64,000 nt of DNA, taken from IMG/VR virus record IMGVR_UViG_3300024333_000003, one strand, 5' to 3'. The position numbers and the translations under genes were made by a program. Below, in pieces: positions 22,436 through 32,601 of this stretch; positions within the stretch are counted from its first letter, which is position 1, and the number at the start of each line of letters is the position of its first letter. This DNA is from a virus (Duplodnaviria > Heunggongvirae > Uroviricota > Caudoviricetes). A model generated the notes under the pieces. The model did not search any database and had not been told where the DNA came from. It saw nothing but the letters and a program-made list of their open reading frames with translations.

Positions 22436-23488
22436 TTAGTGAGATATGAATGTGTACGGGATGATATTCCTGTAAAATGGCATGAATTGGATTTACTACC
22501 CGGATTAAATAACGAGTGGATACTAATTCAGTCAAACGGTATCGTAGATCCTTCTAAAACAGAATTAATTAGGAACCAACCGGCTGCCGAGTTTCGTGGA
22601 ACCTTTGAACAAGCTAATATAGAATTAGAAAAACGTATAAAAACGCTTGAGCAGCTAGGTTACGTTAAAGTCGAAAAAAAGACGGATGATACAGAATTAT
22701 TACAACCTTAAAATAGGTTGTCCATTAAAAAAAGTAACAATTGAAAACCTAGAAATACGCCGCCCTATGGGGCGAAATAAGTTATATCTTAAAGTAACTG
22801 ATGGGCAGCGCTCATTCACTGTAAACGAAATATGGTGTAAAGATGATAACAAACCTACACAAGGCTTATGGATGGATTTTGACCAAGACGGTCAAATTTT
22901 TGCTACAAGCGACTTGGCTCGATTACTTGCTTCTTTGGATATTAGTTCAATTGGCGAATTAATCGGCAAAGTTATAACAGTGAAACCAAAAAATAATGGA
23001 TTTCTTTGTGTAAAAATAGGTGCCTGACAACAGGCACCACCAAAAAAAATGACTATACAAAAAGCTATTACGTTGATTCCCGATGAAGAGTTGAGAAAAA
23101 TGTTTTATACCTTTCTTGACAAACATAAACTTCTTGATCATGAAGTAATTACTTGTTACCAAAACATGGGCGGGATTATATATATTGAACCATTTACTGC
23201 AATCGTTAAAAATAATCGTACAACACTTTCGCCTGTTCCATCATATCATGTATCCGGAGGATACCATGGGCCGAATCAGGAGTTAATGTGTTTATATGGT
23301 TTGATGTCGATTTTGCTTGACACTAAATAAAAAATTACGTATATTAATACATGCAATTCTTCGAACAAAAATATCGCACATTTATTGTAGGACTTGATAA
23401 CCCATCTGTCATGCCCTGTGGGTGGTATTTATGTTCACCATCCAGACCCCATCTATGGGGCGTACTGACAAGGTCCGTGAACTAAACC

Positions 23489-23561
23489 GCCGCTATCATC
23501 TAGTGGCCCAGGATATAAGATTCTCAATCTTAATACACGAGTTCGAATCTCGTTAGCGGTA
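23489..23561 (+). tRNA. tRNA-Glu (anticodon CUC, tentative)
   Basis: Cloverleaf with acceptor GCCGCUA/UAGCGGU, T-loop UUCGAAU and anticodon loop UUCUCAA. Confidence 0.65.
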
Positions 23562-23837
23562 CAAAAATTACAAGAGAACCCGTTACACCACGGTGAGGAA
23601 CTTCAGCTCATACAAAGAAGCGAGTGGGAGAAGAATGTGACCAAGATATACTGAGGAAGTTTGTGGCTATCTTTCCGAACGTAATTCAAAGCCATCACAT
23701 TATTCGTTCGCACCACCAGCAAGTATGCAACTCAAACAGACCCAGGACGGCACGCTTCTTGTCTAATAACGGTCGGGTAGAGGCCAATAGAGAAATGACG
23801 GGATAAAACAAAAAGCTGGGTAAGCTCGGTAATAAAT

Positions 23838-23910
23838 GGCGCTATCGTCTAGTTGGTTAGGACACGACTCTTTCAAGGTCAAAAGGCCGGTTCAATCCCG
23901 GCTAGCGCTA
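23838..23910 (+). tRNA. tRNA-Glu (anticodon UUC)
   Basis: Acceptor GGCGCUA/UAGCGCU, T-loop UUCAAUC, anticodon loop CUUUCAA. Confidence 0.65.
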
Positions 23911-24416
23911 CTAATGAAACAGAAAGAACCGAATTTCATAGCTCCGAAGTTTAAATGTACTTGCGGACAAAAATTAAAAGCAACAGACCCCGAAGCATTC
24001 TTTAATACTGCATATACATATATTTATAAATGTCCGGTTTGTGGAATAAAGTGGATAGTAACCTGCGAAGAATCTGGAAATGATTATGAAAATGGTATTA
24101 ATCTTTTGACAGGTGTTATAGAAGAATAATATTAATGTATTTACAAGATGAAGAACTTCAAAAATGGATTTCACAAAAAACAGGGCTTGCTTTTGACTCA
24201 ATAAGTGAAATCGATTTATTACAAATTATACATAAAAAACATTGGAATTGCTATGTAAGTACGATAGGATATGCCAGCGAGGCGCGGGTTGATGTTGCAC
24301 ATCTTTATTCTTTATTAATGGATCCTAGACAATATTATTATCGTATTTTAACCTGTACGGGCGTACAAATTTGTCATTATAATAAATTATTTCCATGTTT
24401 GGTACATGGTGCAATT

Positions 24417-24490
24417 GGGGCGTTAGTGTAATTGGTTAACACGCCTGCCTGTCACGCAGAAGAGTACGGATTCGAGTTCCGTACGCCCCG
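24417..24490 (+). tRNA. tRNA-Asp (GUC)
   Basis: Acceptor GGGGCGU/ACGCCCC, T-loop UUCGAGU, anticodon loop CUGUCAC. Confidence 0.8.
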
Positions 24491-24715
24491 CATGAAACAC
24501 AACAGAGACAAAGATGAATTAAAGGTTTTAAAACGTAAAAGAGTTTGGGATAGATTTAAGTGGTGGTATAATAATCAAACGAATAGGTTGTTTAAAAATC
24601 ATTGGTTGAAAGATAGTTGTAGTATGTGTAAATATGAACAAGCTATCAAATATCGCGAACATACTATACAACGCAGAAAAGATAAAAAAGTCATTAATGA
24701 ACAATTAAATGACAT

Positions 24716-24789
24716 GGAGACATAGCTCAGTCGGTAGAGCTCTAGGCTGAAGACCTGGGTATGCACTGGTTCGATTCCGGTTGTCTCCA
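24716..24789 (+). tRNA. tRNA-Phe (GAA)
   Basis: GGAGACA/UGUCUCC acceptor, D-arm GCUCAGUCGGUAGAGC, anticodon loop CUGAAGA. Confidence 0.85.
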
Positions 24790-24796
24790 CAATAAA

Positions 24797-24871
24797 CGAC
24801 GCGTAGCTAAATTGGTGACGGCAGCCGCCTTATACACGGAAGATATGTGGGTTCAAGTCCTACCGCGTCGA
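24797..24871 (+). tRNA. tRNA, anticodon unresolved (loop contains UAU)
   Basis: Perfect 7-bp acceptor CGACGCG/CGCGUCG and T-arm GUGGG-UUCAAGU-CCUAC. D and anticodon arms irregular by eye. Confidence 0.5.
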
Positions 24872-24889
24872 CTAAAAAATACAATAAAT

Positions 24890-24961
24890 TCAGCAGTAAC
24901 TCAACGGTAGAGTGCCTGGCTGTTAACCAGGATGTTGAAGGTTCGAGCCCTTCCTGCTGAG
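24890..24961 (+). tRNA. tRNA-Asn (GUU)
   Basis: Anticodon arm CCUGG-CUGUUAA-CCAGG, T-loop UUCGAGC. Confidence 0.85.
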
Positions 24962-25101
24962 CTAGCGGGTCGATAGATGTTAGTTATCGGTTAAAGCATA
25001 TATCTCAAAAATATAACACTCTAGGTTCAAGTCCTAGCGCGTATGAAAATACGTAGTAGCTAAATTAAAAACACTGACGTCGCTTAAATTACCCGCGATA
25101 T

Positions 25102-25184
25102 GTATCTGTTGAGCAACTGGCTGGCTCGCCTGACTGTAGATCAGGTCCCCTTTGGGCGTGGGGGTTCGAATCCCTCCAGATACA
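25102..25184 (+). tRNA. tRNA-Tyr (GUA), class II
   Basis: Anticodon arm CCUGA-CUGUAGA-UCAGG with long variable arm; acceptor GUAUCUG/CAGAUAC. Confidence 0.8.
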
Positions 25185-25186
25185 CT

Positions 25187-25261
25187 GTGGCCGTAGGACA
25201 ATTGGCTTAGTCCGACAGGTTGTGGCCCTGTACGTTATGGGTTCGAATCCCATCGGTCACC
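25187..25261 (+). tRNA. tRNA-His (GUG)
   Basis: Anticodon arm ACAGG-UUGUGGC-CCUGU, T-loop UUCGAAU. Confidence 0.8.
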
Positions 25262-25318
25262 TACATTCCCCTTGTGTCCCTGAAGAAATTCAAACCTTGG
25301 GTAGAAAGGAAAAACATC

Positions 25319-25985
25319 ATGAGTAACATTTTATTGGAATTACAAGCTGGCGAGGGTGGAGCGGATGCAAAACTCCTCGTCGAGGATCAATTAAGTATTT
25401 ATTTAAAAGTCGCGTATAAACACGGACTTTGAGGCAATTCCAATATATGTTAGTGATGGGTTTGCTTCAGTTCAGGTTATCGGACAAAGAGCAAAGGAAT
25501 TATTTGAAAACGAGGGTGGTGCGCACCAATGGCACAGAGTTCCTCCTACAGAAAACCGAGGACGAACACATACCTCTGTTGTAACAGTTGCAGTGTTGGA
25601 TCTTATAGAACTTCCCGAGGTCAGTATAAATTTTAATGACGTTGAAGTTACAACCACTAAAGGAAGCGGTCCTGGAGGACAGAATCGTAATAAAGTTGAA
25701 ACAGTTGTTGTATTAAAACATAAATCAGGGTTAACTGTTCGTTGCGGTTCCGAAAGATCCCAGTACCAAAACAAACAACTTGCTTTTGAAATATTATATT
25801 CTAAGTTACAACGTATCGCTAAATATAATCATCAAAAACAAGCGGCCCAAAATAAACGATTGCAGATGGGGTCGGGACATCGAGCAGAAAAAATTCGTAC
25901 TTATATGGTAAAACATAATTTATGGATTGACCATAGAACAAACGAGCGACGCGATCTGAAAGCGTGGATAAAGGGTAAATGGTAA
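25319..25985 (+). CDS. class I peptide chain release factor-like protein (RF/PrfH-like, lacks domain 1); needs programmed +1 frameshift at CUU UGA G (25427-25433)
   Basis: Frame 0 (25319-25432) gives MSNILLELQAGEGGADAKLLVEDQLSIYLKVAYKHGL* (RF domain-2 start). The +1 frame continues ...GGAHQWHRVPPTENRGRTHTS...SGPGGQNRNKVETVV... with GGQ, through to 25985. Confidence 0.7.
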
Positions 25986-26240
25986 TAGCATAGACATAAT
26001 GACAGACATTATATCTACGTTACGATCTTTGAAAATAGAGTACCAAATATGTTTGAATCAATGTTGCGCATGGTTTGCCCAGCAATATACATTGTCGTAA
26101 AAGGTACAAAGCTATAATAGCTACTCGTGCATACGCATAAAAATATAATTAATGGACTGCGGCTTTAATTGAAGTATTTTATGCCTGGAAATGAAACGTT
26201 CCATTAAGAGTAACCGCAGAGTCACAGCTATTATAGTTAT

Positions 26241-26315
26241 GGGAGATTAGCTCAGCTGGTTTAGAGCGTCGGTCCTACAAACCGAAGGTCCACGGTTCGA
26301 TCCCGTGATCTCCCA
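26241..26315 (+). tRNA. tRNA-Val (UAC) with C at position 33 (tentative)
   Basis: Anticodon arm UCGGU-CCUACAA-ACCGA, T-loop UUCGAUC. Confidence 0.6.
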
Positions 26316-26837
26316 CACATATGGAAAAGACAGACAATACAATCACTGTCGATATGCGCAAACATTTTAGCAGGCGTCTTCGAGAGGCTGCTAATAAAAA
26401 ACTTGCTTCCATAAAGCAAGAGTACGGCGATCTCGACAAACACATGTACGATTATAAGGATGAACGGGACACGGCTGCTTTATTACCATTAATCCTAAGC
26501 AAAGAAATTACGGTTGCGGATATAGATATATCCAAACTAATCAATCCTTTAAAAGAAGCCATAGATGAAATTTATTCTCCAAGTATCGATATCCTCGATC
26601 TTTTCGGTTCCACGGCATCGGCAAAAATAAGTAAACAAGGAAAGCAGTTACTACTTAAACATAAGGCGGCATTAGCTGAATGTGCAAAACGTGAAAATGC
26701 CGTCGAGAAGGAAATAGCCCGTATTGAGGATAAATTATTTTTTGGTGGAAGCGGAAAATCATTATTAAAGCTTCTAAAAGAGTTCATTGCAAAAAAGTTT
26801 TAAATAACAACCGACAACATCATTGATGTTGTCTTAC

Positions 26838-26911
26838 CGGAGTGTAGCGTAGTTGGCTAACGCACATGCCCTGGGCGCATGGGATCGCTGGTTCGAGTCC
26901 AGTCACTCCGA
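26838..26911 (+). tRNA. tRNA-Pro (UGG) (tentative)
   Basis: Anticodon arm CAUGC-CCUGGGC-GCAUG, T-loop UUCGAGU. Confidence 0.6.
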
Positions 26912-27801
26912 CACTATAAATAACTAATGTTAAACAATTTCTTGGTTTAATTTGACAACTTATAAGAAAACCGTTCATGATTTAGAAAGACGTTTTAAGG
27001 TAGCAGAAATTTTTATATCTACATTAAATGCACATAGGTATCATGTCACAAAAGAATTAATTCCGTCGTTATTAGAGGTTGGAACTTATTTTGAATATTA
27101 TGGAACAGTTTTGGGACATACATTATTGTTAGGAATATTTCGACACATTAGTGGAGCAGCTACGTATGATGTAGAATCAGGTGAGGATAATTTTCAATTT
27201 AGTCAGGCTAATTTTTTAAGAACGTGTGTTTTTGCAGCTAGATGTTTATACAGGTCAGATCAAAAAATAAATTACAGGTACGAAATTCCCGGTATTCCGG
27301 AAACTTACTTCTGTCAAACAATTCATTGTTATTCTATAGCAGATATAATAAAGGCGATTGATGATAATCATGCATTTAGACGACCACTTTCAGCGGCTGC
27401 AAATAAACGTGGTCTTTACACATTAGAAGATCGAAAACGTGTTGCACCTGAATGGTTTGATAAGCATCCTCACGAAGAATCCGTAATTTTAGCGAAAGAA
27501 AAATATGTAAAGACCAAGATGCTTATTATTACTGATACACCAAAAAAAATTATATCAGCACCAGAACTTCTTATGGATGCCGAATTATGTGATTCGCTGG
27601 AAAGAATATATCCAGATCTTGAATTAATATTAAAATTCACAGGTATTGAATCCCCATTCATACGAAAAGGATTTGATGCTAAAAAAAGTGAGGACGGAAA
27701 ATTAATAATCGCTAGCGGAGAAGGATATTTCAATTTTCATGCTGATGAAATGATTCGTGCATTAGTCCAATTAAAAGAACAGGGGCTGTTTTAAAATTAA
27801 A

Positions 27802-27876
27802 CGGAATATGGGCCAATTGGTAGGCCACCAGTTTCGGGAACTGGACATCGTGTGGGTTCAAGCCCCACTATTCCGA
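27802..27876 (+). tRNA. tRNA-Pro (CGG)
   Basis: Anticodon arm CCAGU-UUCGGGA-ACUGG, T-loop UUCAAGC. Confidence 0.7.
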
Positions 27877-28294
27877 CAAATGCCAAAACAATACAAGATA
27901 TTGACAAGCCGAGGTATACATTTATCGTTTAGAAAAGGCATACTTGCGGGAAATAGGAAATTAAAAATTTACGGAACATTAGATTGTTATAGCGGCAAAC
28001 GTATGAAAAAAAAGAATCGAGTATTTTTTCTTACAGAACTAGATGCATTACAATGTAGTTATCGCCCCTGTAAAATTTGTATGTATAAATGAATTATTAT
28101 AAACAAGTAAAAATACAATATGATGATGGTGCATTTGAAATATGTTGGATACCTGAAGAATTTGCACACAAGCATCGCCGAATTATAGTAGATGATAAAT
28201 ATGCTAGAGTATTAATAATCTATATGGACATTCGTTTGACTGAAGATCTTATTGAAATAAATCAAAAATTTCCGTTACGGAAAGCAACCGATAT

Positions 28295-28903
28295 ATGAAA
28301 CAATATCCAGAAATTCCTAAAGATGTGCCATCTTTTAATGCACACGTGTTCGATAAAATAGATGGTAGTAACTTACGTTTTGAATACAGCAAAAAACGTG
28401 GTTGGTTTAAATTCGGTACGCGCACAAGATTATTTGACCAATCAGATGACGTATTTGGATCAGCAGTTCCTTTATTTCACGAAACGTTGTTATTCCCGCT
28501 TACCCAAATTATGATTGATAACCGATTTGAACATGCGGTAGTGTTTGCAGAATTTGCTGGGAAAAGAAGTTTTGCTGGACAACATGAAAAAGATGATGTG
28601 AAGACACTGACGGTGTTTGATGTGGCCTTAGATAAAAAAGGATTCGTATCTCCTAAGATGTTCATAAAATTATTTGACGGTAAAGTACTGATACCAAAAT
28701 ATCTTGGATATTATCGCTGGAATAAAGAATTTACCACTAAGATCTATTATAATGAAATAGAAGGAATCACTTTTGAAGGAGTCGTCGGCAAAGATGGGGA
28801 GGGGACGCACTACAATATGGCAAAAGCTAAGACATTGCAGTGGTTAAATAAAGTACATGCTTTATATTCAGATAATCTAGCAGATAAGATAATAAATAGT
28901 TAA
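28295..28903 (+). CDS. RNA-ligase-like nucleotidyltransferase (KxDGxN motif I)
   Basis: DKIDGSN (motif I), EGVVGK (motif IV), KAK (motif V). Confidence 0.55.
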   Translation: MKQYPEIPKDVPSFNAHVFDKIDGSNLRFEYSKKRGWFKFGTRTRLFDQSDDVFGSAVPLFHETLLFPLTQIMIDNRFEHAVVFAEFAGKRSFAGQHEKDDVKTLTVFDVALDKKGFVSPKMFIKLFDGKVLIPKYLGYYRWNKEFTTKIYYNEIEGITFEGVVGKDGEGTHYNMAKAKTLQWLNKVHALYSDNLADKIINS

Positions 28904-29463
28904 TGGAACAACTAATCTGCGGTAAAAACCATAAGAAGATCGGGGTAACTCCTTCGATCGTACTAATTAATCCTAAATATCCAAGAAACGTTGGCGCAAT
29001 AATACGTGCTGCATCTTGTTTTGGTATAGCCCAGGTTTGGTACACCGGCAATCGTGTATCAATGACACCAACAAAAGATTATCGTTTACCAAGAGAAGAA
29101 CGGATGAAGGGTTATAAAGAAGTTACACTCACACAATTTGATTATCCGTTTGATATGTTTGAAAAAGCAATTCCTATTGCAATTGAAGTGCGAGAAAACT
29201 CTGAAAACTTATTAGACTTTGAACATCCATATAATGCAGTGTATGTTTTTGGTCCAGAAGATGGTGGTATTGAACGAGTACATATGCAACACTGCCATCG
29301 AATTGTCACTATACCCACGAAACATTGCACAAACTTGGCAGCGGCTGTTTATCTTACTTTATATGATAGATATGCCAAACGAGTACGTGCAGGAAAAGAT
29401 CAAATATTCAATATAGGAAAAAATGAACAACGAGGTTATGAAGAAGGGGCTGAATTTGGATGA
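28903..29463 (+). CDS. SpoU/TrmH-family RNA 2'-O-methyltransferase
   Basis: NVGAIIRAASCFG and YVFGPEDGGI SPOUT motifs. Confidence 0.7.
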   Translation: MEQLICGKNHKKIGVTPSIVLINPKYPRNVGAIIRAASCFGIAQVWYTGNRVSMTPTKDYRLPREERMKGYKEVTLTQFDYPFDMFEKAIPIAIEVRENSENLLDFEHPYNAVYVFGPEDGGIERVHMQHCHRIVTIPTKHCTNLAAAVYLTLYDRYAKRVRAGKDQIFNIGKNEQRGYEEGAEFG

Positions 29464-29945
29464 TACCAAAAGAAATTGAATATAAATTTTTGTTCTTTGA
29501 TGAGAATGTTGTGCTTCCACAGCTGGCTCAAGCTAGTAAATCAATAAAATTAATGCAGGGTTATACAATAGATGGGATTAGGTTTACTCAACGAGTACAT
29601 GAAGATAATACAAAAGATTATAAAATAAATTATAAATTAGGAATGGGTGTAGTTCGGGACGAAGCACAATGTCAAATAGATGAAAATGTGTTTATTGCAA
29701 TTTGGCCCTTAACAATTGGTCGACGTGTTTACAAAACACGTTATCACTTTCCACTGGAATCTGGTCTTATATTAGAATTAGATGTATATCAACATTCGAG
29801 GAAATGGCCATTGATCACTGGAGAAATAGAGTTTGCTACGGAAGAGGAAGCAGATAATTACTCAGACACTGAATTGGGGCGCTTCGGCAGTTTTTTATAT
29901 GTAACTGGCGACTCTGAGTATCTGAATATAAACTTAGCCTGTTAA
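29460..29945 (+). CDS. CYTH-domain (triphosphate tunnel) protein
   Basis: N-terminal EIEYKF (EIERKF-type) signature. Confidence 0.45.
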   Translation: MIPKEIEYKFLFFDENVVLPQLAQASKSIKLMQGYTIDGIRFTQRVHEDNTKDYKINYKLGMGVVRDEAQCQIDENVFIAIWPLTIGRRVYKTRYHFPLESGLILELDVYQHSRKWPLITGEIEFATEEEADNYSDTELGRFGSFLYVTGDSEYLNINLAC

Positions 29946-29953
29946 TAAATTAT

Positions 29954-30027
29954 GCTCTCGTACATCAATTGGACAGAGCTGCGCCTTCTAAGCGTGAGCG
30001 TTGCGAGTTCGAGTCTCGCCGAGAGTA
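29954..30027 (+). tRNA. tRNA-Arg (UCU), irregular D-arm
   Basis: Anticodon arm UGCGC-CUUCUAA-GCGUG, T-arm GCGAG-UUCGAGU-CUCGC. Confidence 0.55.
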
Positions 30028-30070
30028 CAAGATGCCCCTTAGCGTATTTTCATTCATAAGGAGAAAATAT

Positions 30071-30523
30071 ATGCTACCTATTTTAAAAAGAGACTTTGCC
30101 TCTGATATAGAATATTGGCTTAATGATATTAGAAAAGCCTTTGAGGAGGCAGCAAATTTGGAACTATGTTTTGAACCTATTGGTCGAGCATTTCCAAAAG
30201 TAAACATTTCCGAAACAGACAAGGAATTTGTCATAGAAGCGGCTTTGCCTGGTTATGGAAAAGATCAAATTAAATTAGAAGTTACAAATGATAAAGGAAG
30301 AAAGTTTCTTACTGTAAAAGGTGAGAAATCTGGGAAGGCTTCTAAGAAAGATACACGTTATCTTGCTCAAGAAGTACATTTTTCCTCGTTTCATCGTTCC
30401 TGGGCGCTTCCAGCCGATGTAGATGTAGATGCCATCAAAACTAATATGGATAGTGGAGTTCTTACTATCGAACTTCCAAAAACAAGTCCAAGCATCGACA
30501 AAAAAGAAATAACTATTAGCTAA
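30071..30523 (+). CDS. Hsp20/alpha-crystallin small heat-shock protein
   Basis: Alpha-crystallin domain FVIEAALPGYGKDQIKLEV...GVLTIELPK. Start ATG 30071 preceded by AAGGAG; the track ORF start overlaps the tRNA. Confidence 0.7.
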   Translation: MLPILKRDFASDIEYWLNDIRKAFEEAANLELCFEPIGRAFPKVNISETDKEFVIEAALPGYGKDQIKLEVTNDKGRKFLTVKGEKSGKASKKDTRYLAQEVHFSSFHRSWALPADVDVDAIKTNMDSGVLTIELPKTSPSIDKKEITIS

Positions 30524-30546
30524 CTACGCTCAAGGGGCATCACTTT

Positions 30547-31158
30547 ATGACAATACATATAATTGGTGATATACATGGATTATACACAGAAATATATTTG
30601 CCTATGATCAAGAAGATTGATGGACCTTCAATTCAATTAGGCGATATGGCCCATGGATTCCCAAATACATTTTTACCTGAGTTGCCGTCTCAACATAAAT
30701 TTATCCGCGGTAATCATGATAATCCAGAACTATGTAAAACACATCCTAATTATCTTGGAGAATTTGGATATATCGAAGAATGGGATATATTCTATCTAGG
30801 GGGTGGTTGGTCGACAGATTGGGACAGTAGAATTCCTGGTGTATCTTGGTGGTATGATGAGGAACTGTCAATGCGACAATGTTATGAAGCCTTAAAATTA
30901 TACGAGGTGTCAAAACCACGAATAGTGCTTTCACATGATTGTCCGGAAATAGCAAAGATAAGTATGCTGATATATTTATACGGAAAACATGCGTATAATC
31001 AACCTTCCAGAACAAATCAATTATTGCAAGCCATGTTTGAACTTCATAATCCATCTTATTGGTGTTTCGGTCATTTCCATCATACACGAAAATTTATAAT
31101 TCACAAAACTGCCTTTCAGTGTTTAGGAAAGGCACAATACACAACAATAGAGGTTTAA
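30547..31158 (+). CDS. calcineurin-like metallophosphoesterase
   Basis: GDIHG, GD...GNHD motifs. Confidence 0.65.
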   Translation: MTIHIIGDIHGLYTEIYLPMIKKIDGPSIQLGDMAHGFPNTFLPELPSQHKFIRGNHDNPELCKTHPNYLGEFGYIEEWDIFYLGGGWSTDWDSRIPGVSWWYDEELSMRQCYEALKLYEVSKPRIVLSHDCPEIAKISMLIYLYGKHAYNQPSRTNQLLQAMFELHNPSYWCFGHFHHTRKFIIHKTAFQCLGKAQYTTIEV

Positions 31159-31160
31159 CA

Positions 31161-31877
31161 ATGCACGAACTAGTAAAAAAGGCACGAAGCTTTGCAGAGA
31201 AACGACATGCAGGACATAAATATGGTACATTGCCAGTGGATATTATAGTACATCTTGATAACGTTTATCATGTTTTAATGGAATTTGGCGAAACCGACCC
31301 ATCGATGTTAGCGGCAGGATTCTTACATGATATATTAGAAGACACAAAAACTTCGCAAGAGGAACTGCAAGAAGAATTTGGTATGATAACTACTGCATTG
31401 GTTTTAGCGGTTACTGATGGAGAAGGTAAGAATCGTAAGGAACGCAAAGAAGCAATGTACAATAAAACGGCGGGTCATTTGCGATTCACACGTTTAAAAT
31501 TAGCTGACCGTATAGCAAACATGCGGTATTCCAAGGCTGAAAAGTCTCCGCAGCTGACAATGTATATGAAGGAGTATCCAGAATTTAAAGCTCGCTTATT
31601 CTTTGCGAACGATGGTAACGAAAAAATGTGGGAAACATTAGACGCTTTAATGAAAAGTGTGATTCCACGGACATTCAAATTGAGTCGTGAAAAAGATGTT
31701 AGCGGTGTTTCTGGAAAAGGTATAGTAGGAGAAGGAGTTATATTTACAAACGGTAAATGCGTAGTAACATGGTATGGAAAAATAGCATCAGTCACTGTTT
31801 ATAACACATTCGAGGATTGTGAGCAAATACATGGACACGAAGGAGCAACAAAATTTGTATTCGATAACAAGTTTTAA
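31161..31877 (+). CDS. Rel/SpoT-type HD hydrolase (small alarmone hydrolase-like)
   Basis: RHAGHKYGTLP...HLDNV...AAGFLHDILEDT matches the (p)ppGpp-hydrolase HD domain. Confidence 0.6.
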   Translation: MHELVKKARSFAEKRHAGHKYGTLPVDIIVHLDNVYHVLMEFGETDPSMLAAGFLHDILEDTKTSQEELQEEFGMITTALVLAVTDGEGKNRKERKEAMYNKTAGHLRFTRLKLADRIANMRYSKAEKSPQLTMYMKEYPEFKARLFFANDGNEKMWETLDALMKSVIPRTFKLSREKDVSGVSGKGIVGEGVIFTNGKCVVTWYGKIASVTVYNTFEDCEQIHGHEGATKFVFDNKF

Positions 31878-32307
31878 GGACGAGTGGGAATTCTTATCAA
31901 ATTTCTATCCAGCCCCCATCACATATGATGGCGCTGAATATCCTACGGTTGAACATGCTTTTCAGGCGGCCAAAACATTGAATCCTGCGCAGCGCGAAGA
32001 AATTCGAGTTGCACCGACTCCGGGTAAAGCAAAACAGTTAGGACGAATAGTTGATCGTCGTCCTGATTGGGAACTTATAAAACAAACTGTTATGGCCCAG
32101 TTGTTGGCGGCCAAGTTCACTAATTACCCCGAATTACGAAAAAAGTTAATAGCGACGGGTAATCTTTTTCTTGAAGAAGGTAATACTTGGCATGATAATT
32201 ACTGGGGAGCATGTACGTGTGATTACTGCAAAACTCAATACAAGTATAATATTCTGGGTACGTTATTAATGACAACTAGAGTATTTTTGCAATTGGATTT
32301 GGCATGA
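31819..32307 (+). CDS. NADAR (YbiA-like) domain protein
   Basis: FLSNFYPAPI...YPTVEHAFQAAK hallmark. Confidence 0.7.
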   Translation: MSKYMDTKEQQNLYSITSFKDEWEFLSNFYPAPITYDGAEYPTVEHAFQAAKTLNPAQREEIRVAPTPGKAKQLGRIVDRRPDWELIKQTVMAQLLAAKFTNYPELRKKLIATGNLFLEEGNTWHDNYWGACTCDYCKTQYKYNILGTLLMTTRVFLQLDLA

Positions 32308-32329
32308 AAGGATTGTGAATAATATTAAA

Positions 32330-32403
32330 CGGCATCTAGCTCAACTGGTTAGAGCATTGGTCTGATAAGCCAAAGGTTCTGGGTTCAACCCCCAGGGTGC
32401 CGA
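32330..32403 (+). tRNA. tRNA-Ile (GAU)
   Basis: Anticodon arm UUGGU-CUGAUAA-GCCAA, T-loop UUCAACC. Confidence 0.75.
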
Positions 32404-32601
32404 CGATGAAAGCAAAAATCACATGGAGTATGGACGTTTATAAAGATCTCGACAAATTTGTAGACAGGTCCGCAAAAAATATTACGGACGAAATAGACAA
32501 AGCCTTTGTTAACATAATTACACGAGAATATTACAAAACAAATCCATTAGTATTTAAATTAAGTTACAGAACAACCTCTTTACAAGAATTCTTGAAAAGC
32601 A

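Noticed and set aside
25427-25460. Reading the release-factor-like gene by UGA stop-codon readthrough or recoding instead of a frameshift
   Set aside because: Frame 0 hits TAG seven codons after the TGA. Only the +1 frame continues into the GGQ-containing release-factor sequence.
26241-26315. Amber-suppressor (CUA) reading of the CCUACAA anticodon loop
   Set aside because: That register would put C at position 33 and C at position 37. UAC (Val) with A37 is the more conventional reading.
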